From: Mobula hypostoma
Taxonomy: Eukaryota
Direction: 5' to 3'
Assembly: GCF_963921235.1 (NCBI RefSeq)
Contig: NC_086097.1
Span: 120,778,001 to 120,842,000 of the forward strand
DNA length: 64,000 nucleotides
Shown one piece after another: positions 47,473-58,499 of the stretch. The position numbers and the translations under genes were made by a program. A model generated the notes under the pieces. That model was not told the origin of the DNA, did no database searches, and saw only the letters and a list, made by a program, of their open reading frames with translations. Every line of letters starts with the position of its first letter. Position 1 is the stretch's first letter.

Positions 47473-48354
47473 CCATGAACATCATATAAATTGCTATATC
47501 CTTACATATTAAAATTATCAAGATTTTTAAAATGTTTCAACTTCAACATTTGTACTTACATAATTGCCCACATTACATATTATATATATGCATTTTCCTA
47601 TGCCCTGCGGCAACCTAAAAGGGTTCCTTGAACCAAGAATAATTTTGTCACTTTAACATCTCCTGTCAGAATTGCCCCAGCATCCCTTTGTGTACACACA
47701 ATCAGTCCATGTTTATAAGCTAATCTAATGTATATACAGCCACACTCAATAGTTATTTGTACATTATGTTTCATGAGATTTCTTTTATATCGATATTTAT
47801 TGTGCTTTTATGCTTATTGTGGGTTTTTTTTTTGCTGCATCAGATCTAGAGTATAATCATTTAGTTCTCCTTTGCACTTGTGTACAGAAAAATGACAAGA
47901 AATAATCCTGAATTTTGAATCTTGAATTAATTTCTGGGCAATTTCTAAGAAATGAAACCAAGTCTGTTGAGGCTTGGTAAAACTATATATAATGCCTGCT
48001 GTATTCATGACATTGCAAAATTTATTTTCCTTTAATCATTGACCTTGCGCAGCTTCTCTGCGTGTGTGCTCTGTTGTATTCTTACAATGATTCATTGAAG
48101 CCCTCGAGGGAGAACAACATAATTCACCGATTGAATTGAACTTCAGATGACAAGGATTTCTATCAGGTGTGGTAATGCTCAACATTATATAATTATTCCC
48201 TGATTCTGAACAGAAAAGTTATAGTCGGTTCAACAGCCATAAATAAATATTTAGACGGTTCTCCCTACAGGAGTAAGGATCAGTAGAAAGAAATCCCAAG
48301 GGTGACAAAAAAAAAGCAGCTGTTCATCAACAGGGCTAATTCATGGCATTCAGT

Positions 48355-48505
48355 TTTTGATTCTGGCTTCTTCTGCCTTTCTTTCCACTCTTGATAAAAG
48401 GTCTTGACCCAAAACTTCAAATGTTTATTCTTTTTCACAGACCTGCTGAGTCCGTTCAGCATTTTGTATGCGTGTTACTCTTGATTTACAGTATCTGCAG
48501 ATACT
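48355..48505 (+). mobile_element. Degenerate Penelope terminal repeat
   Basis: TTGATAAAAGGTCTTGACCCAAAAC..ACCTGCTGAGT..CAGCATTTTGT. Confidence 0.6.
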
Positions 48506-48829
48506 TTCCCCTTTGAGTACTCCAGAGCACCGGAATTTAGTATATTTAATTATTCAACCTGAATAAACCAGCCAAAATAACCTTTTTCTACAGAATCACG
48601 TTTAAGATCCCCCACTCCCCTCATGAAAAGTGATTTTTTTTTCATCATTCTTGGGATGTGACACTACAAATGAGAAAGATATCTATTGTCCAACCCTCAT
48701 CTGCCTTGAGGCGATGTTGTTGAGATTCCAGGGAGCAAGCGTGATCCTATTGGAGCACTGTCCCACTGGACAGGGAGTTCCAAGATTTGGACCCAATAAT
48801 GAACAGGAAACCATAATATTTTTTGAGCT

Positions 48830-49490
48830 GCTGTAGAAATGATTGATATCTTCAAGTTCTTTGACATCCATATCACCAGCAGCATCACCTAATCCCATCA
48901 CTCTAATGCAATGATAAAGAAAGCACAGTAATATGCTTACTTTCTTCAGCATCTGAGAAAATTCAGCATGCCCATTGGGATTCTGTCCATATTTTGTAGA
49001 AGCACTTCAGAAAGCTGCTTCTCAGCCTGGTGTGGCGAACTGTCTGTTTTGGGTTAATGGAGCACGCAGATAGCGGTAAACGCTGCCCACTCCATCTCTG
49101 GCTCGTCTCTCCCTTCTATCCAGTCCATCTACATGGTGTGCTGCACCAGGAGGTCTAGTAGTATTATCATGGATGCCTGTCACCCTGGCCATTCCCTTTT
49201 CTCTCTTCACCCTTTTGGGAAAAGATGCAGGAGCTTGGAAGCCAGGACATCCAGACTCAAGTACAGCTTCTTCCCCACAGCTATCAGACTTCTGAACCGT
49301 TCACCTCTTTCACACCACTTTCCTGGTGGTGCTGCCATGTTTCCATACTCTTCCAGCTCTCCTGGTTATTCCATTATGGCCGCATTAGCAGTTCTTTTTG
49401 CACTACTTCAGATTTGCACTAAAATCTTGTGCCATGTTGATATTTTCTGCTTGACATTATATATATTATTGTTTATTATTTCCACGTATA
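48830..49490 (+). mobile_element. Rex1/Babar-like 3' fragment
   Basis: SIIMDACHPGHSLFSLHPFGKRCRSLEARTSRLKYSFFPTAIRLLN. Confidence 0.75.
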
Positions 49491-51965
49491 CATAGAACAT
49501 AGAACAGTACAGCTCAGGAACTGATCCTTCAGCCCACAATATTTGTGCTGTCCCAACTAAGAGCCAAATCATAAATACTCAAACACTAATCCCTCCTACC
49601 TTCAATATCCCTCCATCTTCCTCACATTCATGTGCCTATCTAAATTTCTCTCAAAAGCCTCTAATGCATTTGCTTCCACCACCACACCAGGCAGCGCATT
49701 CCAGTCATCCATGACTGTCTGAGTAAAAAGCATGCCCCTCATATCCTCTTGGAACCTACCTCCTCTCACCTTCAATGCATGTCCTCTGGAATTAGACACT
49801 TCAACCCTGGGACACAGATACTCCCTGTCTACCCTATCTCTTGTAAACCTCTATCATATCTCCCCTCAGTCTCCGGCGCTCCAGAGAAAACAACCCAGGT
49901 TTACCCAGCCTGTCGTGATAGTACATTCCCTCTAAACCAGGTAGCATTCTGAGGAACCTTTTCTGCACCTCTCCAAAGCCTTAACATCCTTCCAATGGTT
50001 TGGGTGACCAGAACTGTATCAATACTACAGATGTGGCCTAACGTTGCAACATAGCCTCTTGACTCTTGAACTCAATACTTTGACTACTACAGGCAAGCAT
50101 TCCATAAGTCTTGTTTACTGTCTATCGACCTGTGTAGCCACTTTCAAGGAGCTATGAATTTGGATCGCTGGGTCTCTCTGCTCAGCAACACTGTTAAGGA
50201 TCTCACCTTGCATTTGTCCTGCCAAGGTGCAACACATTTGTCTGTGTGAAGCTCCATCTCCCATTACTCTGCCCATATCTTTCTGATCTATATCGCACTG
50301 TATTCTGTGTCAGTCATCTACACTATCCAGAACTCCGCCAACCTTGGTATCATCCCCAAATTTACTAACCCACCGATCTGCATTTTCATCCAGGTCGTTT
50401 ATATACAGAACATTTCAAGTAGTAGAGGCCCCAGCACAGATCGCTGCAAAACACCACTAGTTACGTACCTCCAGCTCGAATAAGTCCCTTCAACTAATTA
50501 CCCTCTGTCTTCTGTGCAGAAGCCAGTTCTGAATCCAAACAGCCAACTCACCACAGACCCCACACAGACCCCACACATCTTAATCTTCTGGATTAGGCTC
50601 CCATAAGGGACATTGTCAAGTGCTTTACTAAAATCCATGTTGACAATATCCACTACTCTACCGTCATCAGTCTCTCTTGTCACCTAGCCAAAAACTCAAT
50701 CAGGTTGGTGAAACATGACCTGACATGTGTAAAGCCATGCTGGCTCTCCCTAATTAGGCCATGAGTTTCCAAATACTTAGACTGTATATCCTATCCATAA
50801 GTATTTGCTCCATCAATTTCCCAGCAACTGTTATGAGACTCACCAGTCTAGAGTTCACAGGATATTCCTCGATCCCTTCTTAAATAAAGGTCCACTCGCT
50901 TGCCTTCCAGGACCTTGCCTGTGCCTGCAGAGGACACAAAGATACTGTCAAGGCCCCAACAATCTCGTCTCTTGCCTACTTCAATAACCTGGGGTAAATC
51001 CCATTAGGCCCTGGGGATTTATCCACCTTAATACTCAATTGGAGGCCTAACATTTCCTCCTCCTTGATCTCTAAATGTCGTAACATATTTATTCACTCAG
51101 CACTGATCTCCTGGTCCTCTATGTCCTCTTCCTTGGTAAATACTGAAGCAAAGTACACAATAAGTACCTCACTCACATTTTCTGCATCTATGTTTATCCT
51201 TGAGTAGTCCTACTCTCTCGCTGGTTATCTTCTTGCTCTTGATGTACGTATAAAATGCTTTGGGATTCACCCTATTCCCACTTGCCAATGACTCTTCATG
51301 GCCCCTCCTGACTTTCCTAATTCCCTTCATTAGTTCTTTTCTGGCTTCTTTGTAATCTTCACATGCCCTGTTTCATCCTAATTACTGAAGCATTAGATAC
51401 TTTTCCTTTTTCTTCTTGACTAAATTCATCACCTTTCTAGACATCCAAGGTTCTCTTATGTGTCCATCCCTGTCCTTCCTTCTAACAGGAACATACCTTC
51501 CCTGTAGTCTGTGCAATTGATATTTAAACATCCTCCACATGCCTGATGTGACCTTTCCAGAAAAAAAAAGTGTTCCTAATTAACTCTTCTTAGTTTCTAC
51601 CTAATGCCCTTGTAATTTGCCCTGCTCCAATTTAAAACACTCCTGCAAAGACCATAACTATCTTTATCCATAGATATCCCAAAAGATAAGGAATTGTGAT
51701 CACTGTTCCCTAACTGCTTACCCACTGAAAGGTCAGTCACTTGGCCAGACTCATTGGCCAACACCAGGTCCACTACAGCCCCTGCTCTCATTGGATCATC
51801 TACATATCCCTCCTGTGTACACTTAATAAATTCTTTCCATCTAAACCCATTGCACCAAGGGCCCAGTTTATATTAGGGAAATTGAAATCCCCCATGACAA
51901 CAACCCTATTATTTTTACATATTTCCTTAATCTGATGACATATTTGTTCCTCAATGTCCCTGTGG
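49491..51965 (-). mobile_element. CR1 LINE ORF2 (endonuclease C-terminus, RT, 3' end)
   Basis: VVMGDFNFPNI, AVVDLVLANESGQV..LGNSDHNSL, VDIVNMDFSKALD, SRGHALKVRGGRF, and a CATAGAACATAGAAC tail. Confidence 0.9.
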
Positions 51966-51981
51966 CTATTTATACTTTTTA

Positions 51982-52290
51982 CATGGGGCAGTACAGCAGG
52001 GTGACTGCTGGAAAAATAATATTAATGTGCCAGTGATCACCAACTAGGTTCAATTCCAGCCGCTGTCTGTAAGGAGCTTGTTCGTTCTCCTTGTGACCAC
52101 GTGGGTTTCCTCCATTTGCTCCAGTTCCCCCCCCACCACTTTCCAAAATACACAGATTAGGGTTAGTGATGCTGGCTTTGGTAGTGTGGCAACATTTGCA
52201 GGCTGCCAGACACAATCCTCACTGATTTGATTTGATGCAAGTGGTGCATGTCATTATATTTTTCAATGGACTAGTGACAATCTTTACTCT
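51982..52290 (+). mobile_element. V-domain tRNA-headed SINE
   Basis: B box GGTTCAATTCC and V core TTCTCCTTGTGACCACGTGGGTTTCCTCC. Confidence 0.7.
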
Positions 52291-52627
52291 GTGAACTTTG
52301 TGTGGACAAGGAATCCCATTGCGTTCTAGTGCATGTGATAATAAAGTAATCTGAAACTGAACCCTAATCTGTGTGTTTTGGGGAAAGTGTAGATACTTGA
52401 AAGTTTGCTATTTCTGTACAAATGTTGCCCTTGTGGTTCAGCTTTGAGTGGATTGAAACTGCTGTTAAATAAGCCTTGATAACAGTTCAGGAACAATTAT
52501 TACCCTCAACCAGCAGACTTTTGAACCAAAGGAGATAACTTCACTCAGCTTCACTTGCCCCATCATTGAGATGTTCCCACAACCTACAGATCACTTTCAG
52601 GGACTCTTTATTTCATGTTCTTCATAT

Positions 52628-53484
52628 TGTGACGAGAATACACATAAAATTAAGATGTTTGCTGGCCTGGGTTAGCATCAGTGGCATCAGCAGTTGGTCT
52701 GCCACCTGCCCTCAGGGGAAGGAGAGATAAGGAACAATGGAGCAGCGTCTGGAGATGTGTAATGGAGGGACGTGGGAGAGAGAGCTGTCTGGAGCGGCTC
52801 CCCCTTTGAACCCTGAACTGTTTGAAGTGGTGGACAGGCGATGCCCCAGCAGGGGGATAAAAAGGGACCGGTTCGCTAAGGAGGACACACGCCGCCCGAG
52901 GTAACGAGACCCTGGAAGCGGTGCGCCTCTCACGAGTGGGTGAGAAGTACCAGACAACAGCCAGGGTGGAAAGGTAAGATCAGCGGGAACCCGGTGTGTG
53001 TCCGCCCTTGCCTGGGTGCCGGGTTCACTGCAGAGGATCGACCGCATCTGGAGGAGGGGTCACAGTCGGTGACCTCAGGTGACATCACCAAGGACCCGCC
53101 CAAAAGTTGCTTGTGAGCCATATCGCCGGTCGGTGAGTGAAGCCGCTCGGAATGATCAGTTGTTCCTGTTCTATCTCTCTCTTCCCCCACGTTGTCCATC
53201 ACCATGGCAACGATTACTGCGAACTGAACTACTAACTGGACTGAACTTTGAGTCACTTTGAAATTTGGTCATTTACCCCCAGACAACGATAGAGCTTGAT
53301 TGATGCTGTTATCTTAATTCTGCGCACATGTGTGTTTATCATCGCTGAACTGTTGCATTTATTATCCTTTCGATTACTGTTTTGCTTGTTTCTTTAATAA
53401 AACTTTCTTAGTTCTAGTACTCCAGACTCCAACTGAGTGATCCATTTCTGCTGGTTTGGCAACCCAGTTATGGGGTACGTAACA
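52628..53484 (+). repeat. 5' LTR
   Basis: TGTGACGAG...TACGTAACA with AATAAA at about 53396. About 17 substitutions versus the 3' LTR by manual count. Confidence 0.95.
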
Positions 53485-53488
53485 TAAG

Positions 53489-53509
53489 TGGGGTTCTCGT
53501 CCGCGATTT
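53489..53509 (+). promoter_or_regulatory. Primer-binding site, tRNA-Pro-like
   Basis: TGGGGTTCTCGTCCGCGATTT versus the tRNA-Pro 3' complement TGGGGGCTCGTCCGGGATTT; lies 4 nt after the LTR. Confidence 0.8.
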
Positions 53510-53583
53510 TGAATGCTAAATTTGGGACGGAGTAAATTGATTGGGTTAAAATTCCCGAAAGAAAGAAAAGACAAACAGCAGAA

Positions 53584-55701
53584 ATGGAGGCTGAGGAATT
53601 TATAAAGGCGCCGACCTTGGAGGCATTAGAGGATGCCAGGAAATCGGAATTGGTAGCTGTGGCCAAACGGTTGAATCTTGCTAAGGTGAAGTCGACAATG
53701 AGGAGAGAGGAGATACACAGAGCTATTGTAGAGCACTATGTATCTAAAGGTGTGTTTCCCCAAGGTGAGCTGGGGATGGTGTCTATTGAAAAACCTGCTG
53801 GAGACGCGGTACAGGTACAGCTTGAAAAACTGAGACTCGAGCACGAGTTCCGGGTACGACAGTTGGAAAGAGAAGAGAAAGAGAGAGAGAGACAGTTAGA
53901 GAGAGAAGAGAAAGAGAGGGACAGACAGTTGGAGAGAGAGGAGAAAGAGAGGCAATGGGAGCGAGAAGAGAGAGGGAAACAGAGGGAAAGGGAATTTGAG
54001 CTGGAGAAGTTAAAGATAAGGGCCGAGCAGGGGCTCGTGCCGAACCAAGGTGGAGGGTTCCGGGCGACCCAGGAGGTTAGGCTGGTTCCCCCATTTGACG
54101 ATACCGACGTGGATCGGTACTTCCTCCACTTCGAAAAAGTGGCTATAAGTCAGGAATGGCCGAGGGATAAGTGGGCTGTGTTACTTCAGAGTGTACTGAA
54201 AGGGAAAGCCCAACAAGCTTACTCCGCTTTATCCCCGGAAGATGCCCAGAAGTATGAGGTGGTGAAAGAGGCCATCTTCAGGATTTATGAGTTGGTCCCG
54301 GAGGCATATCGGCAGAGGTTCCGGAATGCGAGGAAGCAGTGGGACCGCACGTATTTGGAGTTTGCCCGTGAGATGCAGACATATTGTGAGCGTTGGTGCG
54401 CCTCGAAGGGGGTAGAGGGGGATTATGACAGACTGCTACAACTGATCCTGATTGAGCAGTTTAAAGGTTGTGTCCCTGATGGTATGAGACCCTACCTCGA
54501 TGAGAAAGAGGCAGCCACATTAACCGCAACTGCTAAGTTAGCGGATGAGTATGCGTTGACGCATAAAATGAAGTTTGCCCCGAGTAAAGGCTACCAGAAG
54601 GGTAGTCAGGACGGCAGGGAGAGTCCGCCGGAAAAGTCAGAAAGTAAGCCGGGGACTAGTGAAAAGGATAAGGTAGACCGGGAGCAGTCTAGTAGGAAGT
54701 CTCCTGGGGTCGTCTGTTATAATTGTGGGAAAGCCAGACACTTTGCGTCCAGGTGCTTTGCCCCAAAGAAGGAGACGGGAAAAGGAAAAACTGCGATTTT
54801 GACTGGCTGTATCGAGCTGTTAAGCGAACCGCTAGGGAAGGCCAGGTCTGAAAAAGTCCAGGAAGGGCATGAGAGGTTTATCTCGGCCGGATTGGTGTCA
54901 GTGAAGGAGGGGTTAAAACCAGTTCCAGTGCGGATCTGGAGAGACATGGGAGCGTGTCAGTCACTAATACTGAAAAGTGTATTAGAGTTTAGCTCAGAAA
55001 CCCAGACTGGGGAGGTCAAGGTCAAAGGTGTTGGGGAAGGGACAGAGTCAGTCCCTTTGCACCAGATACATTTACAAAGCAACCTGGTCTCTGGACTAGT
55101 CACGATCAGGGTGAGGTCCGAATTACCGATGAAAGACGTGGAAGTCTTGCTCGGTAATGACATCGCCGGGGGAATCGTGTTCCCAGTCGTGAGATTGACA
55201 GGTCAGCCTGCCAACAGTGAGGCCCCGCCCATGGACTCACAGGTTCATCATGGGGCTGCGGTAGTGAATTTAGCTGTGGTGGTAAATTTAGCTGAAACAT
55301 TTCTGCCAACCTTGTATGAGACAGGGTGTAGTGAGATAAGAGGTAGTGAGGGAGCTGGGACAGACGTAGCAGTAGCCAGGAAAGAATTTGTGCAGACGCA
55401 GGAGCGAGACGAGGGGCTGATGGTTTTTACAGAGACAGCTCTCTCTGACACAGCCTTGACAAGGGAACTAGTAGGCTATTGTGTAGCGGAGGAAGTGCTA
55501 AGGAAAAATGGGAAATCAAGTACAGTACCCACAGATGAGGAATGGGGGGTGGTGCAAAAGAGTTATGGGGATGAGGTTTTTAACATGGCCCACGAGGTAC
55601 CCCCCGGTGGACATTTTGCGGTGCTGGAGGAAACAGTTAGTGGAATCATGAAAGAGATTTACTGGCTGCCCAGGGGGAAAAATGTTATTGATCATGACTG
55701 A
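53584..55701 (+). CDS. gag: Gag (coiled coil, capsid/SCAN-like domain, CCHC knuckle) - aspartic protease - truncated integrase N-terminus, 705 aa
   Basis: VPPFDDTDVDRYFLHFEKVA..W; PEAYRQRFR..LILIEQF..LADEY (SCAN-like); CYNCGKARHFASRC; RDMGACQSLI..LLGND (protease); AHEVPPGGH (integrase zinc-binding His pair). Confidence 0.9.
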   Translation: MEAEEFIKAPTLEALEDARKSELVAVAKRLNLAKVKSTMRREEIHRAIVEHYVSKGVFPQGELGMVSIEKPAGDAVQVQLEKLRLEHEFRVRQLEREEKERERQLEREEKERDRQLEREEKERQWEREERGKQREREFELEKLKIRAEQGLVPNQGGGFRATQEVRLVPPFDDTDVDRYFLHFEKVAISQEWPRDKWAVLLQSVLKGKAQQAYSALSPEDAQKYEVVKEAIFRIYELVPEAYRQRFRNARKQWDRTYLEFAREMQTYCERWCASKGVEGDYDRLLQLILIEQFKGCVPDGMRPYLDEKEAATLTATAKLADEYALTHKMKFAPSKGYQKGSQDGRESPPEKSESKPGTSEKDKVDREQSSRKSPGVVCYNCGKARHFASRCFAPKKETGKGKTAILTGCIELLSEPLGKARSEKVQEGHERFISAGLVSVKEGLKPVPVRIWRDMGACQSLILKSVLEFSSETQTGEVKVKGVGEGTESVPLHQIHLQSNLVSGLVTIRVRSELPMKDVEVLLGNDIAGGIVFPVVRLTGQPANSEAPPMDSQVHHGAAVVNLAVVVNLAETFLPTLYETGCSEIRGSEGAGTDVAVARKEFVQTQERDEGLMVFTETALSDTALTRELVGYCVAEEVLRKNGKSSTVPTDEEWGVVQKSYGDEVFNMAHEVPPGGHFAVLEETVSGIMKEIYWLPRGKNVIDHD

Positions 55702-55719
55702 CGCGAACTGAGACGGTCA

Positions 55720-56486
55720 CCGACTTTTGATATGCTAACAAACCTAGTCGGTGTTAGCATGGAAATCAAAGAAGCTAGGGGCCCCCTGATAAGAGGAAAA
55801 AAACATTTTGAAAAGATTAGTATGGGATCGATCAGATGGGAGAAGGCTATGGTTTTGGCCAGGTCTACTGATAAGGTCTCTCCCTTAATCCCCGAACAAA
55901 GCGAATCTTTAGAAGTAATTAAACGACTCGCACCCGTATGTTTGATTGTCCCGAGGAAATGCAAAGAACTGGGACGTTGGGTGATGTCTGTTACAATAGG
56001 GCGGCCTAGTAAACAACACCCATATTTTTTGATTAATTCAGTGACTAAAGGGCTGATGAACACAGAGGTGTGTATGGCAATTTAATACGGCTGTCTGAAG
56101 CCAGCCTGATAGTGAACCTTGAAAAAAATGAATTCGGCCACACGAGGGTCACTTACCTGGGAATTGTGGTGACACAGGGGCAGCTGGCAGCGATGCAAGC
56201 TACAGTGCAGGCTATCGCTGACCTCCCAACCCCGACAGACAAGAGGGCTCTCAGAAGGCTCTTGGAGATGGTGGGGTACTGCAGGAAGTTTTGCAATAAC
56301 TCTGCGGTCAATACCCGTCCCCCGCCTACTAAGCCCTTGCGAGAGAAAACTGAGTCGGAATGGGACGACTCTTGTTATTGTGGTCCGGGAAAAAGCCAAA
56401 TGAGAGGTTACATTGATCGCAATTCATCAGTGTTTTTGGCCACTATGAAGTTTGCTGAGTTGGAGCCTGGTCTAAGGGATTATTAA
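55720..56486 (+). pseudogene. pol: Remnant pol (RT C-terminal/connection segment)
   Basis: LSEASLIVNLEKNEFGHTRVTYLG..PTPTDKRALRRLLEMVGYCRKF. No YxDD, integrase core or RNase H seen. Confidence 0.75.
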
Positions 56487-56647
56487 TAACACGTGTAAAA
56501 GGAACAGAAAATGTGATGACTGTCTGTCAAGGTGTTGACAGCTTCAAACTCGCTGTGTTAGCCAAATAGCTGATAAAGATGTACATTTGTGTATGTATCA
56601 AATAATGTATTCATGTTTGTAATTTTTACCTCCCGGTAAAAATTCTT

Positions 56648-56659
56648 AAAGGGGGGAAG
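56648..56659 (+). promoter_or_regulatory. Polypurine tract
   Basis: AAAGGGGGGAAG immediately before the 3' LTR. Confidence 0.9.
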
Positions 56660-57516
56660 TGTGACGAGAATACACATAAAATTAAGATGTTTGCTGGCCT
56701 GGGCTAGCATCAGTGACATCAGCAAGTGGTCTGCCACCTGCCCTCAGGGGAAGGAGAGATAAGGAACAATGGAGCAGCGTCTGGAGATGTGTAATGAAGG
56801 GACGTGGGAGAGAGAGCTGTCTGGAGCGGCTCCCCCTTTGAACCCTGAACTGTTTGAAGTGGTGGACAGGCGATGCCCCAGCAGGGGGATAAAAAGGGAC
56901 CGGTTCACTAAGGAGGACACACGCCACCCGAGGTAACGAGACCCTGGAAGCAGTGCGCCTCTCACGAGTGGGTGAGAAGTACCAGACAATGGCCAGGGTG
57001 GAAAGGTACGATCAGCGGGAACCCGGTGTGTGTCCGCCCTTGCCTGGGTGCCGGGTTCACTGCAGAGGATCGACCGCATCTGGAGGAGGGGTCACAGTCG
57101 GTGATCTCAGGTGACATCACCAAGGACCCGCCCAAAAGTTGCTTGTGAGCCATATCGCCGGTCTGTGAGTGAAGCCGCTCGGAATGATCAGTTGTTCCTG
57201 TTCTATCTCTCTCTTCCCCCACGTTGTCCATCACCATGGCAACGATTACTGCGAACTGAACTACTAACTGGACTGAACTTTGAGTCACTTTGAAATTTGG
57301 TCATTTACCCCCAGACAACGATAGAGCTTGATTGATGCTGTTATCTTAATTCTGTGCACATGTGTGTTTATCATCGCCGAACTGTTGCATTTATTATCCT
57401 TTCGATTACTGTGTTGCTTGTTTCTTTAATAAAACTTTCTTAGTTCTAGTACTCCAGACTCCAACTGAGTGATCCATTTCTGCTGGTTTGGCAACCCAGT
57501 TACGGGGTACGTAACA
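56660..57516 (+). repeat. 3' LTR
   Basis: Direct repeat of 52628-53484. Confidence 0.95.
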
Positions 57517-57916
57517 ATATTTATTGCTTATTTATTTATTTATTATTTCATTTTGTATTTGCACAGTTTGTTGTCTTTTGCACACTGGTTGAATGAACAC
57601 CCAGTTGGTGTGGTCTTTCATTGATTCTATTATGTTTACTATTCTATAATGGATTTACTAAATAAGCCCACAAGGGAATGAATCTCAGGGTTGTACATGA
57701 TGACATATATGTACTTTGATAATAAATTTACTTTGTACTTCCAGTGCATATTGTTCACACTATATACAGCAAACACGATATACCGTTGGTGGGTGGAATG
57801 GGCTTCTAATGTATTTTGTCCAGTCTAGGTCAGGGGCCCCCAACCCTTTTTGCACCGCGGACCAGTTTGATATTGACAAAATTGTTGTGGACCGGCCGAC
57901 CAGGGGCAGGGGGTGG

Positions 57917-58405
57917 TAGGGTTCCCAACTTTCTCACTGTGTTACCCCGAGAAAGACTACCATGACCATGAAGCCTTGTGCGGGCACCTGTGTGCTCATG
58001 TGTGCCGTGCGCATGTGTGTACGTGCCGATTGTTTTCTACAAGTCGTTTTTGGCGATTCTTTTCAGTGAAACTACACTGTACATACATTATTTCTACTTT
58101 ATATAGGCTGCGTATTTATCATATCATTCCTGCTTTTACTATATGTTAGTGTTATTTTAGGTTTTATGTGTTACTTGGTATGATTTGTTAGGTTATTTTT
58201 TGGGTCTGGGAATGCTCAAAAATTTTTCCCATATAAATTAATGGCAATTGCTTCTTCGCTTTACTCCTTTTTGGCACGAAAGGTTTCATAGGAACGCTCT
58301 ACCTTAGCGGGGGAAATACGGGACAAGGGCAGTCTTTTATGGGACAAACCAATTTAACCCAACATACGGGATGTCCCGGCTAATACGGGACAGTTAGCAA
58401 CCCAA
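57917..58405. mobile_element. Nested non-autonomous hAT (Blackjack-like TIRs)
   Basis: Ends TAGGGTTCCCAACT ... AGTTAGCAACCCAA, with clustered GGGACA subterminal repeats at 58320-58392. Confidence 0.6.
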
Positions 58406-58499
58406 TATCGCTGAATCAGTGGGAGCCCTGGGCTTATTTCCTTGCAACAAGACGGTCCCATTGAGGGGTGATGGGAGACACCGATACTCAAAGGGGGTT

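Larger units (their letters stand above)
52628..57516 (+). mobile_element. Gmr1-like Gypsy LTR retrotransposon, both LTRs intact, pol internally deleted
   Basis: Two 857-bp LTRs (TG..CA), TSD ATAT (52624-52627, 57517-57520), PBS and PPT. The integrase remnant lies upstream of the RT remnant. Inserted in a Rex1-like UTR (52480-52627, 57517-57740). Confidence 0.95.

Noticed and set aside
53584..55701. Host SCAN zinc-finger gene
   Set aside because: No C2H2 array; it lies between near-identical LTRs with PBS and PPT.
52712..57293. Duplicated small ORFs (52712/56744, 52930/56962, 53079/57111) as paralogous genes
   Set aside because: They are incidental frames within the two LTR copies.
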